In this document: piece by piece, positions 1-8,935 of the stretch
How the letters are laid out: the number at the start of each line of letters is the position of its first letter
Position numbering within the stretch: the stretch's first letter is position 1
From: Proteobacteria bacterium UBA7420
Lineage (GTDB): Bacteria; Pseudomonadota; Gammaproteobacteria; Magnimaribacterales; D2472
Length of the DNA stretch: 45,063 nt
Direction: 5' to 3'
Assembly (NCBI GenBank): GCA_002469975.1
Contig: DKMG01000095.1
Span: 1-45,063 of the forward strand
Position numbers and translations under genes: made by a program
The notes under the pieces: model-generated
Told to the model about the DNA's origin: nothing
What the model saw: the letters and a program-made list of their open reading frames with translations, nothing else
Databases searched by the model: none

Positions 1-140
1 AAAAAACTTAAAGCTGCTATGTCTAACGCTGCCTAATCAGGCAATACTCCTCTCAGGACAGATCCATCAATCAAGATAAACCATATCTCGCCAGTTTTGT
101 TAAACGGCTTGGGCGAATCACTTCAGCGCAAAAAGAAGCC

Positions 141-722
141 TTGGAGTCACTCCATCATTTCCATTTAACAGATCGTGAACAACTCCTTAGCTTGGTTTCC
201 GGCTACTCAAAGGCAATTTTAGAAATAGGCTTTGGCAATGGCGAAAATACCTCCTATCTAGCAGAGAAAAACCCAGAAGCCTTGATTGTTGCCTCAGAAG
301 TCTATCGCTCAGGCATTGGCAGTTTGCTAGCTTCGATTGCCAAACATTCATTTCAAAATATTAAAATTTTTGATGATGATATTCGTGAGTTGCTATTAGG
401 CTTGGCCCAACCTATTTTTCATGAAATTTATATTATCTGTCCCGATCCATGGCCCAAAGCCAGGCATCATAAACGCAGATTGGTCGACAGTAATTTTTTA
501 AACGCCTTGCATCAAGTAATGCATCCCAATGGCACCATCTATATCTCAACTGATTGGGAAAACTATGCAGAATTTATTGACGAGGAATCACAAAAATTAA
601 ATGCTAAATTTAGCACCGCAAAAATCTCTAATGAAGGCATGCCAATTACCCGATTTCAGCATCGCGCAATTAGAGAGGGCAGAAACATTAAGACCTTCTT
701 GCTCACCTCTTTAAAAAAATAA
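141..722 (+). CDS. trmB: tRNA (guanine46-N7)-methyltransferase TrmB (5' end uncertain; frame is open from nt 27)
   Basis: SAM-MTase motif LEIGFGNGE and TrmB-typical ICPDPWPKARHHKRRL. Codons upstream of the TTG at 141 encode SFVKRLGRITSAQKEALE, which resembles the conserved TrmB N-terminal segment, so the real start is probably upstream. Confidence 0.85.
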   Translation: MESLHHFHLTDREQLLSLVSGYSKAILEIGFGNGENTSYLAEKNPEALIVASEVYRSGIGSLLASIAKHSFQNIKIFDDDIRELLLGLAQPIFHEIYIICPDPWPKARHHKRRLVDSNFLNALHQVMHPNGTIYISTDWENYAEFIDEESQKLNAKFSTAKISNEGMPITRFQHRAIREGRNIKTFLLTSLKK

Positions 723-1850
723 TTTAATAGTGTCGTTGAGGTACTGATAGCCTTTAGGGGTTGCTCCAATTGTGCCCTCGCACAATAACCCCTCCTTGAT
801 GCCCAGTTGATATTTAGCCAGGAAACTTTTTGGCAGCTCAAACCCTAACTGATCATGCGTGACCCCATTCTTAACTCTCAATAAATTCATTGCCAGATCC
901 ATGTCTAACTCCTCACCTCGAATGATGGTGTGATCAGTAGTGATTTGATTTGATATGTAGCCATTGAGAGGCTTAATTTTTCTAAACCTTGTAATTTCAG
1001 AGCCAAGGGTAATTTTGCTATGCGCTCCCGGGCCCAAGCCAAGAAAATCTCCAAACTGCCAGTAGTTTAAATTGTGCTGACTTTCAAACCCTGGCTTAGA
1101 CCAAGAAGATACTTCGTATTGCTTATAGCCAGCTGACTCTAATCTTTGCTGAGCAAGATGCTCCATGCTTTCAATTTGATCCTCATTCGGCAACTTCAAT
1201 TCTTTTTTGTAGAAAATAGTATTTGGTTCAATGGTGAGTTGATAAAGTGATAAATGACTAACCTGAGAGGCAATAAATTGCTCAAGAGTTTCTTCAAAGG
1301 AAACTATGGTTTGATGTTCCGTCCCATACATTAAATCAATGGTTGAATTGATTCCTGTGAGCATTTTAGTAGCTTGAAGTCCTGATGCTTTGTCATGGTT
1401 TCTGCCTAAAGCTTGAAGCTCCTGATCTTGATAACTTTGTACCCCTAGGGAATACCGATTAATACCCAGGGCAGAGAGAGCGGTGAGTTTACCAGCAGTC
1501 ACATCTCTGGGGTTCATCTCAAAAGTTATTTCGGCGTCTTTGACTATAGAATATTGTTGTACGGCATCTAAAATAATACCAATGGCCTCTGCTGATGCGA
1601 GCGAAGGCGTTCCCCCACCAAAATACACGCTGCGAAACTCTCTTCCATCAATGAATGCAGCTGAATCTGCAAGGTCTTGCGCAATAGCTTGCGCTAGTTT
1701 TAAGTCATTTTTCTCAATAGGATCAGTGGTAATAGAGAAATCACAATAAGGACACTGGACCTCGCACCAAGGCAGATGAATATATAAGCTAAGAGGTGGT
1801 TTAGAGAGAGCCAAAGGTATAAATTTTTTGTCTAAGGGTTTGGGTGGCAA
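711..1850 (-). CDS. hemW: Radical-SAM heme chaperone HemW (oxygen-independent coproporphyrinogen oxidase-like, YggW)
   Basis: N-terminal LSLYIHLPWCEVQCPYCDF (CxxxCxxC radical-SAM cluster). The 379-aa size and position downstream of rdgB match HemW. TTG start at 1850; an alternative TTG at 1814 gives MALSKPPLSLYIH, close to the E. coli HemW N-terminus. Confidence 0.85.
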   Translation of the reverse strand: MPPKPLDKKFIPLALSKPPLSLYIHLPWCEVQCPYCDFSITTDPIEKNDLKLAQAIAQDLADSAAFIDGREFRSVYFGGGTPSLASAEAIGIILDAVQQYSIVKDAEITFEMNPRDVTAGKLTALSALGINRYSLGVQSYQDQELQALGRNHDKASGLQATKMLTGINSTIDLMYGTEHQTIVSFEETLEQFIASQVSHLSLYQLTIEPNTIFYKKELKLPNEDQIESMEHLAQQRLESAGYKQYEVSSWSKPGFESQHNLNYWQFGDFLGLGPGAHSKITLGSEITRFRKIKPLNGYISNQITTDHTIIRGEELDMDLAMNLLRVKNGVTHDQLGFELPKSFLAKYQLGIKEGLLCEGTIGATPKGYQYLNDTIKLFF

Positions 1851-2406
1851 GACCCCGATGACTTAATACTGCCTTTTGCTCTGGTGTGATTTGTGCAAGT
1901 GAAAACCCATGGCCTTCTGGATAGAACATCGGATCATAACCAAAACCTTCGCTGCCTTGTTCGCTAACTTTAATGGTGCCTGCCAGTGTCCCTGTAGTGA
2001 TTAGTGGGAATGGGTCTAGTTCATCCTTGAGCATGGAAAGCACGCAAACAAAAAAAGCTTTAGTTTCTTGGAGGCCCAGTTTTTGAAGCTCTTGTTGCAG
2101 ATGTTGTCTATTCTCAGCATCCGTCGCATCATCTTTGGCATATCTTGCTGAACGCAGGCCTGGCATATTATTTAGGGCAGGCACAATGAGGCCCGAGTCA
2201 TCTCCCAGCGAAGTTAGACCCGTTGCTTTGGATGCAACCCTGGCCTTATGCAAACTATTTTCAATAAAAGTTGCGCCCACCTCTTCCTCTGGAACAATGC
2301 CAAACGAGTCTTGGGTGAGGACTTCAAATTCTGGAAGCAGCAGCGTAAATTCCTTGAGTTTGCCTAGATTACTGGTTGCAATCACAACCTTGGGTTTATT
2401 TTCCAA
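1801..2406 (-). CDS. rdgB: dITP/XTP pyrophosphatase (non-canonical purine NTPase) RdgB
   Basis: N-terminus KVVIATSNLGKLKEF and C-terminal GFGYDPMF...SHRG are Ham1/RdgB motifs. 201 aa. TTG start with GAGG about 13 nt upstream. Confidence 0.9.
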   Translation of the reverse strand: MENKPKVVIATSNLGKLKEFTLLLPEFEVLTQDSFGIVPEEEVGATFIENSLHKARVASKATGLTSLGDDSGLIVPALNNMPGLRSARYAKDDATDAENRQHLQQELQKLGLQETKAFFVCVLSMLKDELDPFPLITTGTLAGTIKVSEQGSEGFGYDPMFYPEGHGFSLAQITPEQKAVLSHRGLATQTLRQKIYTFGSL

Positions 2407-2983
2407 GGAGATAAATCGCCTCTGCAGCTAAAAAATTAGGAAAGCAATTAGTAAGCCAAGATGTTTTACCTTGACTGTTAAGATAGATTTTTTTATGAAT
2501 ATGAAATTTCTCCACCTCGCAGAGCTCTTCAAAATCAGCAATGGTGCAAAGGTGAAGATTTGATGTCTCATACCACTTAGCTGGCAATTGAGGTGAAGAG
2601 GGCATCTTGCCTTTTAGCAAGCCAGTTCTGAGTTCCCAGTTTCCAAAATTTGGCAAAGTAATAACACATTTATTAGCCACCTCTAAAATATTTTGCAGTG
2701 CCACTTTGGGTTTTCTAAGACATTGAATTGAGCTAGCCATAATTGCAAAATCAAAATTCATATCTTTATATTGCAAGAGCCCAGCATCAATATCTTGTTG
2801 AATTACCGAAATGCCATTGGCGATACAATCTTGAATTTTCTTGGGATCATTTTCGACCCCATAGCCGGTGGTAGCTTTAGCAAGGCTGAGAGATTTTAAT
2901 AGTGATCCATCGCCGCACCCAAAGTCTATAACTTTTGCATTGACCTCAACCCAATCATTCACAATGTCCTCAAGAGCATTCAT
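2396..2983 (-). CDS. metW: Methionine biosynthesis protein MetW
   Basis: SAM-MTase-like VIDFGCGDGSLL. Lies immediately downstream of metX and overlaps it by 14 nt. I chose the ATG at 2983 (MNALEDIVNDW), giving 195 aa, the typical MetW size. The ORF-track start at 3067 lies deep inside metX. Confidence 0.85.
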   Translation of the reverse strand: MNALEDIVNDWVEVNAKVIDFGCGDGSLLKSLSLAKATTGYGVENDPKKIQDCIANGISVIQQDIDAGLLQYKDMNFDFAIMASSIQCLRKPKVALQNILEVANKCVITLPNFGNWELRTGLLKGKMPSSPQLPAKWYETSNLHLCTIADFEELCEVEKFHIHKKIYLNSQGKTSWLTNCFPNFLAAEAIYLLGK

Positions 2984-4079
2984 CACGACCCTCCAGGAAA
3001 TTTTGCAAACTTGCTGCGTACTCATCTGATCGAAATAAAAAGCTGTCATGACCATAATCGCCTTCAAGCTCTATGTAGGAACTTCTGATTCCAGCTTTTA
3101 TGGCAGACATTTGAATATCTTTTCCATACTCTTTGGGGAATAGCCAGTCTGAACTAAAGGATGCAATCAATAGCTTGGCTTGAATGTGTTTAAAGCATTG
3201 CACAAGATCCTGGTTAAAATTCTTTGCTGGATCAAAGCTGTCCATGGCTTTTGTCATTAAAATATAACTGTTAGCATCAAACGTTTCTGCAAACTGCTCT
3301 CCTTTGTATTGAAGATAGTTTTCTACTTCGTAACTCACCGCAGCATCCATTTTTGTTTCTGGGTTTTGTAGCTTCCGCCCAAATCTTTTGCTCATATTCG
3401 CTTCAGATAAGTAGGTGATGTGCCCAAGCATGCGAGCAGCCTTTAGGCCTTGCTTAGGTTTGGAGCCCTGCGCAAGGTAATCACCATCACAAAAGTTTTC
3501 ATCTTTTCTAATCATCTCGCGGGCCACTTCATTGAGCGCTATATTTTGAGAGCTAATTTTTGACGAAGCCGCAATGATTGCAGCCTTTTTAATTTTATCT
3601 GGATAAGTGATCGCCCATTGCAAGGCCTGCATGCCACCCAAACTTCCACCGGCAACCATTTCCCAGCAACTGATACCAAAATGATCCAACAGATTTCTTT
3701 GAGCATTAACCCAGTCTTGAACGGAGACTTCAGGAAACGCTGATCCAAAAGGCAGGTTTGTTTCTGGATTCAGGGAAGTGGGTCCCGAAGAGCCATGGCA
3801 GCCCCCAAGATTATTAATAGAAACCACAAAATATTTAGAGGTATCAATGGTTTTTCCATCACCTATCATCTGATCCCACCAACCTGCTTTACCCCCTTCA
3901 TCTTTAGTACCAGCAGCATGATGATCGCCAGAAAAAGCATGACAGACGAGCACTGCATTATCTTTAAGGGAGTTTAATTCACCATAGGTTTCAATCATGA
4001 GCTCAAAAGACGGAAGAGTGACCCCTGACTCAAGCGCGAGAGGCAGCTCAAATGTTACCTGTTCAGTGCAAATCTTCAT
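2970..4079 (-). CDS. metX: Homoserine O-acetyltransferase MetX
   Basis: Alpha/beta-hydrolase with GGSLGGMQALQW nucleophile elbow and VCHAFSGDHH. 369 aa and paired with metW. Confidence 0.92.
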   Translation of the reverse strand: MKICTEQVTFELPLALESGVTLPSFELMIETYGELNSLKDNAVLVCHAFSGDHHAAGTKDEGGKAGWWDQMIGDGKTIDTSKYFVVSINNLGGCHGSSGPTSLNPETNLPFGSAFPEVSVQDWVNAQRNLLDHFGISCWEMVAGGSLGGMQALQWAITYPDKIKKAAIIAASSKISSQNIALNEVAREMIRKDENFCDGDYLAQGSKPKQGLKAARMLGHITYLSEANMSKRFGRKLQNPETKMDAAVSYEVENYLQYKGEQFAETFDANSYILMTKAMDSFDPAKNFNQDLVQCFKHIQAKLLIASFSSDWLFPKEYGKDIQMSAIKAGIRSSYIELEGDYGHDSFLFRSDEYAASLQNFLEGRDECS

Positions 4080-4591
4080 GCAAGCGAACTCAGTACTTGA
4101 ATCAGCGAGCTATTAATAAGATTGAGAAGCATGAGCCCAATAATGGGTGTGAAATCTAATCCGCCCATTGGGGGGACATACTTGCGTATTGGATTCAGAA
4201 CCCCGCCAGACATCTCTTCAACTATTTGAAGCATGGGGTGATTATTTCCAGGGGCCACCCAGCTTAAAATAACGGATCCAATAACACTATAAAACAGGAT
4301 TCTAAAGCAGGAGTTAATGACATCAACCACTGAAATTAACACCAAGGTTAAAGGCTCGTACCCAGAAGAGTAAGCAAGATAGAAGGAAACAAATTTTAAT
4401 AATAAAGCTAAGGCCAGGGCTGCCAACAAAGGATTGAAAAAAAAGAAAATAGACTTTGAGACTGGCTCTAGATAAGTTGCAAAGATTTTAACAATGGGGT
4501 TGAAGTAATTAATTCGAAACAATCTAAACATGGCTAAAATAATAAATGCATAACTTGCAAAGCCTAAAATTATTACGAGTGGTCCTGTCAT
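4076..4591 (-). CDS. yggT: YggT family inner-membrane protein
   Basis: Multi-TM 171-aa protein in the conserved yggS-proC-yggT context. ATGA overlap with metX. Confidence 0.8.
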   Translation of the reverse strand: MTGPLVIILGFASYAFIILAMFRLFRINYFNPIVKIFATYLEPVSKSIFFFFNPLLAALALALLLKFVSFYLAYSSGYEPLTLVLISVVDVINSCFRILFYSVIGSVILSWVAPGNNHPMLQIVEEMSGGVLNPIRKYVPPMGGLDFTPIIGLMLLNLINSSLIQVLSSLA

Positions 4592-4609
4592 GTTAGCTCC
4601 ATCAAACTG

Positions 4610-5395
4610 TTAGTTTTCATTATTAATCTCAATTGATCTGTGCTCAGCTGCTTTAAAGGCCTCCTTAAATACTGACTCTATATTATTTTTTTCAAGAGAT
4701 TCCAGGCCTGCCTGGGTAGTGCCACCTGGTGATTTTATCTTATTTATAAGGGTTTCAAAATCACGATCCTGATTAAATAAATCGCCGAGACTGCCAACAA
4801 AATCTTTGAACATTGCAATTGATTCCTCATCATTTCCCTTGTTCAGTATTTTTAGCTCATTGAGATAAATATTCAAAATGCGAAATAAGAAAGCTTGGCC
4901 ACTTCCAATAATACTGGTAAAGACATGCAAATCATCTTCTTTCTTCATAACCATGACGTGACCCACTTTTTCTAATAACTCAACCGACTGCTGAAAAGCA
5001 TGCAGCATTTGATTATCGGAATAAAGCGCAGTGATGCCTTTATTGTAGGTGGAAGCGGTATTTGGCATGGCTCTAATTACAAGCTGGGGATTAGGGTACT
5101 GGGCTATTTCTATTCCGGCCACAAGAGTTAATATCGGAGTGTGAGGCGCTATCCTCGTAATATCTTGAGCTGCAGCTATTGCATCTTTGGGTTTGACGGC
5201 AAGTACGATGAGATCAAACATATTATCAGACACAGACGCTAGTGGTTGAACCGAGAGTTGTTGACTCTCTAGCAGCGCTATTTTTTCTAGATTTCTTTCA
5301 ATGCATACAATATCTCTTGGCGAGACATTGACTTTTAATAGACCTGAGATGATTGCTTGCGCTATATTTCCAGCGCCCAAAAAACAAATTTTCAT
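4610..5395 (-). CDS. proC: Pyrroline-5-carboxylate reductase
   Basis: N-terminal Rossmann MKICFLGAGNIAQAI and C-terminal SPGGTTQAGL motif. 261 aa. Confidence 0.92.
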   Translation of the reverse strand: MKICFLGAGNIAQAIISGLLKVNVSPRDIVCIERNLEKIALLESQQLSVQPLASVSDNMFDLIVLAVKPKDAIAAAQDITRIAPHTPILTLVAGIEIAQYPNPQLVIRAMPNTASTYNKGITALYSDNQMLHAFQQSVELLEKVGHVMVMKKEDDLHVFTSIIGSGQAFLFRILNIYLNELKILNKGNDEESIAMFKDFVGSLGDLFNQDRDFETLINKIKSPGGTTQAGLESLEKNNIESVFKEAFKAAEHRSIEINNEN

Positions 5396-6075
5396 GCTCT
5401 AGCTCCTAAGAGCGTTTCGCCAATTCGCACCATGGATGAGCCCGCTACAATGGCGTCTTGAAAATCTCCCGATGTTCCAAGAGACAGCTCATAGCATTCC
5501 GGAAAAATCATCACAAGGGAGTCATGCAACTCTTGAATGCGAGAATAAGTTATCAATTTATCTACATCACTTGCTTGAATATTAGGCATAAACATTAGAC
5601 CTTTAAGTTTCAAGTTAGAGTAATGTGTATTTAGCTCGGTTGCAAAATTAATGACCTCCTCAGGCTTAATTCCAGATTTAGACGACTCATCATCAATATT
5701 AACTTGAATGAGAATGGAGATTGTTTTGTTTAAATCCTTGCACGCGGCATCAAGTTTTTTAGCGACCTTTATTCTGTCAATCGAGTGCACCCAAGAAGCT
5801 GTCTCTGCGATCAGCTTAAGCTTATTTGTTTGAATCGGCCCAATAAAATGCCACACGATATCTTGAGGGCAAGCTGCAGCTTTTTGAGCAAGCTCCTGCG
5901 CATAATTCTCGCCAAAGTGGCGTAATCCCGAGCTATATGCTTCTTCAATGGTGGTTTGTGACTGGAGTTTAGACACAGCAATTAATGTTACTGTTTTAGT
6001 TGTAGAAGCCTTGAGACTGGCTAAATCAATGGCTTGCTGAACGCTATGAATTCTTGCAGCTATGTCTTGATGCAT
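5392..6075 (-). CDS. yggS: PLP homeostasis protein YggS (alanine-racemase-N fold)
   Basis: VTLIAVSKLQ (PLP lysine), HFGENYAQEL and WHFIGPIQTNK motifs. 227 aa. ATGA overlap with proC. Confidence 0.9.
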   Translation of the reverse strand: MHQDIAARIHSVQQAIDLASLKASTTKTVTLIAVSKLQSQTTIEEAYSSGLRHFGENYAQELAQKAAACPQDIVWHFIGPIQTNKLKLIAETASWVHSIDRIKVAKKLDAACKDLNKTISILIQVNIDDESSKSGIKPEEVINFATELNTHYSNLKLKGLMFMPNIQASDVDKLITYSRIQELHDSLVMIFPECYELSLGTSGDFQDAIVAGSSMVRIGETLLGARA

Positions 6076-6596
6076 GTCTTCAAAATCAAAGGTTGACGAT
6101 TATTTCTAATAAGAACTTCTCGGGCATTGTTAACCTCTGACTTGGTTTCATAGGGTCCCGACATGACCCTAAACAAGGTCTTGCCTGGCATAGAAGAGCT
6201 AAATGTTTTTTCTACATAGGCCTCTAGATCCAAGGTCAGCATGGCTGCTAGTTGTTCTTGCGCATAGATTCTTTTGCCATAGGTTTCTATCTGCAGGCGA
6301 TACTCACAATTTTCAGCTGTAACAATTCCTTCTAGCTCTATCAAGATGGTGTCTTGCTCTAAATCTACAGGATACGAAATCTCCACAGTTGGGTTCGTGA
6401 CGTGCCCCCTCAGGTTTGCAACATCTGTTTTTAAAATAAAATTACTTGCTGCAAGAATTAAGGCAGCTGCTCCGCCGGCTAAAAAAAAATGCTTCAGCTT
6501 TAATGGTTGATCTAGCTGTCTTTTTGCTCGCAGTGATGCTGAGCGAGTTTTTTGCTTTGCTGAGTTGGCCGGATGTTTTTTTGCAAAATCTTTCAC
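6060..6596 (-). CDS. SPOR-domain membrane protein (cell-division / peptidoglycan-binding type)
   Basis: Basic N-terminus, one TM (FFLAGGAAALILAA) and a C-terminal SPOR-like YRLQIETYGKR...LFRVMSGPYETKSEVNNA. GTG start 5 nt after the argS stop. argS followed by a SPOR protein is a common gammaproteobacterial arrangement. Confidence 0.6.
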   Translation of the reverse strand: MKDFAKKHPANSAKQKTRSASLRAKRQLDQPLKLKHFFLAGGAAALILAASNFILKTDVANLRGHVTNPTVEISYPVDLEQDTILIELEGIVTAENCEYRLQIETYGKRIYAQEQLAAMLTLDLEAYVEKTFSSSMPGKTLFRVMSGPYETKSEVNNAREVLIRNNRQPLILKTCIKT

Positions 6597-6601
6597 AAGG
6601 C

Positions 6602-8326
6602 TTACATCTCCTGCAGCGGTTCAATGCCAATGAGCTCCATGGAGGATGCTATTACATTTTTGACCAAATCTAATGCTCTTAGCATGTTTGCCTGATCTTG
6701 CTCTTCAGCTTTTAAAATATTGGTTTCATTATAAAAATGGTGGAATCCTTGAGCCAGGTCTCTGAGATAATAAATGATGAGATGAGGCTGAAGATTTTCA
6801 CCTGCACTTTTAACCACAAAGGGGAAGTTAAGAGCTAGTTGAATTAATGGATCACATGCATGAAACCCATCAATGCTATTAAACACTTTGGGCAAGCTTC
6901 CACCCAAAGCAAGATATTTATTTTGTACCGAGCAAATTCTTGCATGAGCGTATTGCACGTAATAGTAGAGGTTGTCTTTTGAATGTGTTCTTGCTATTCC
7001 AATATCAAAGTCTAAATGTTGATCCGCCTGTTTTGAGAGGTAATAAAATCTTGCAGCATCAGGGCCAATATCATCTATTAACTGCTTTAACGTATAAAAA
7101 TTACCACTACGAGTGGACATTTTTACTTTTGCGCCGTCCTCAAAAAGGTTGGCGAATTGAACCAGCTGAACCTGCATTTGGTTCTTGTTATAACCCATGG
7201 CCTCAATGGTTGCTTCAATGCGTTTGATATAACCGTGGTGATCAGAGCCCCAGACATTGATGATAGTATCAAAGCCACGATCCAATTTATTTTTATGGTA
7301 TGCCAAATCTGCGGACAAATAAGTTCCTCTGCCATCCTCTCTTATAATGACTCTATCTTTATCATCACCAAATTTTGTAGACTCAAGCCATACTGCCCCA
7401 TCTTTCTCATAGGCATGGTTTTGCTTGACTTGATGCAGAGCCTTTGAAATGTCTGACATCTCGTTGGACAGCTCTCCCAGGGAGGATTCAAAAAACCACT
7501 GATCAAACTCAACTTTAAATTCAGTTAAATCATTCTTAATCGACTGCGTCACATAGGCCAACCCCCCAGCTCTAATAATTGGCCAGAGGTCTGAATAGTT
7601 AGATTGAATGCGGGCAATCAGCTCATCAATTTCTGCTTCTGGATCATCTGGAAGATTTTTACATAATTCCTCTTTTTGAATATGCTGAGCATTTTCATCT
7701 AGCTTTATAGAATCAGCAATCTCTAGGACATAGCTACCTTGGTAGCCCGAGGCAGGAAAACTCTCATCATCAGTACAAGAGAATTTTCTTAAAAAGATAC
7801 TGCAACCTAATATATCAACTTGCCTGCCAGCATCGTTCACATAATATTCTTTTTCTACTTGATGCCCAAGACTAGAAAGTATTCTAGCAATTGCATCACC
7901 ATAGGCTGCTCCTCGGCCATGTCCAACATGTAAAGGCCCAGTAGGGTTAGCGGACACAAACTCTATTTGAATTTTTTCTTGCAGCGAGCTATTGATTTCT
8001 GGGGCTAAGTTAATGGTGTGTTCTGCTTGTTGCAAAAAAGCATCTTGGGTTAAAAAGATATTAACAAAGCCAGGGCCTGCAATCTCAACCCTATCTACAC
8101 CATCAATGGCCTCAAGCACTACTGCTAGTTTGACGGCTAATTCTCTGGGGTTTACTTTTGCAATGCCGGAGGCAACAAGACACAAGTTTGTAGTCCAATG
8201 GCCCTTATCAAGTGAGTCGGCAAGATGGAGTTTATGTTTCTTGCGCAACAAGCTTGTTTGATCAGCCGCATGGCCCAGATCATTGTCAATAAAATTATTT
8301 AACGCTAATGAGAGTTGAGTAAACAA
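6602..8326 (-). CDS. argS: Arginine--tRNA ligase
   Basis: Class-I HIGH motif SANPTGPLHVGHGR, VEIAGPGFVNIFL and C-terminal DALR anticodon-binding domain. 574 aa. TTG start. Confidence 0.95.
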   Translation of the reverse strand: MFTQLSLALNNFIDNDLGHAADQTSLLRKKHKLHLADSLDKGHWTTNLCLVASGIAKVNPRELAVKLAVVLEAIDGVDRVEIAGPGFVNIFLTQDAFLQQAEHTINLAPEINSSLQEKIQIEFVSANPTGPLHVGHGRGAAYGDAIARILSSLGHQVEKEYYVNDAGRQVDILGCSIFLRKFSCTDDESFPASGYQGSYVLEIADSIKLDENAQHIQKEELCKNLPDDPEAEIDELIARIQSNYSDLWPIIRAGGLAYVTQSIKNDLTEFKVEFDQWFFESSLGELSNEMSDISKALHQVKQNHAYEKDGAVWLESTKFGDDKDRVIIREDGRGTYLSADLAYHKNKLDRGFDTIINVWGSDHHGYIKRIEATIEAMGYNKNQMQVQLVQFANLFEDGAKVKMSTRSGNFYTLKQLIDDIGPDAARFYYLSKQADQHLDFDIGIARTHSKDNLYYYVQYAHARICSVQNKYLALGGSLPKVFNSIDGFHACDPLIQLALNFPFVVKSAGENLQPHLIIYYLRDLAQGFHHFYNETNILKAEEQDQANMLRALDLVKNVIASSMELIGIEPLQEM

Positions 8327-8329
8327 AGA

Positions 8330-8890
8330 TTAAACCCTTCCGGAGTATTCCCCTGATCTAGTATCCACTTTAATCTTTTCACCTTCCTCAACAAAAAGAG
8401 GAACCTGAATGGTTACCCCAGTTTCTAGCTCAGCCGGTTTGGTTGCTCCAGAGACAGTATCTCCTTTGATGCCGGGATCAGATCTTGAGATAGTCAATTC
8501 TACAAATGCAGGGGGTTCAACAGAGATGGGCTCATCATTCCAAATGACCACTTCACAAGTTTCTTGGCCTATCAGCCATTTTTTTGCATCAGCTACAACT
8601 TTTTCGGTTATTCCAATTTGCTCAAATGTTGTTGAATTCATGAAATGCCAGAAATCACCATCTGAATAGAGGTAGCTCATTTCGAACGTGCTGACGTCTG
8701 CCTCTTCAACGGACTCGCCAGACTTATAAGTCTTGTCGATCACCTTGTCAGTTATTAAGTTTCTAAATTTAACTCGCATGACGGCCTGTCCTTTGCCTGG
8801 CTTGTGAAACTCATGCTCTATGATTGAGCAAGGTTGCCCACTAATAATAATTTTGAGACCGTTTTTGAATTGGCTTGTTGATATTTTCAT
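8330..8890 (-). CDS. efp: Elongation factor P
   Basis: FKNGLKIIISGQPCSIIEHEFHKPGKGQAVMRVKFRNL contains the KPGKG loop with the modified lysine. 186 aa. Confidence 0.95.
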   Translation of the reverse strand: MKISTSQFKNGLKIIISGQPCSIIEHEFHKPGKGQAVMRVKFRNLITDKVIDKTYKSGESVEEADVSTFEMSYLYSDGDFWHFMNSTTFEQIGITEKVVADAKKWLIGQETCEVVIWNDEPISVEPPAFVELTISRSDPGIKGDTVSGATKPAELETGVTIQVPLFVEEGEKIKVDTRSGEYSGRV

Positions 8891-8935
8891 TGTGTGATTT
8901 ACTTTCTTTTTGTATTAATTATGGAGTTTGTTCGG

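Noticed and set aside
1-36. An open frame ending KKLKAAMSNAA-TAA could be the 3' end of an upstream gene.
   Set aside because: With only 11 codons visible it cannot be identified. It may instead be the displaced start of trmB (see finding), so it is not listed as a feature.
8894-8935. Longer N-terminal extensions suggested by the ORF track: M2 peptidase from GTG 8894, metW from 3067, hspQ from TTG 29129, MAPEG from TTG 34061, rimK from TTG 31736.
   Set aside because: Internal ATG codons give N-termini matching family norms (signal peptide plus lipobox; MetW about 195 aa; HspQ about 105-115 aa), have better Shine-Dalgarno spacing, and avoid long overlaps with neighbouring genes.
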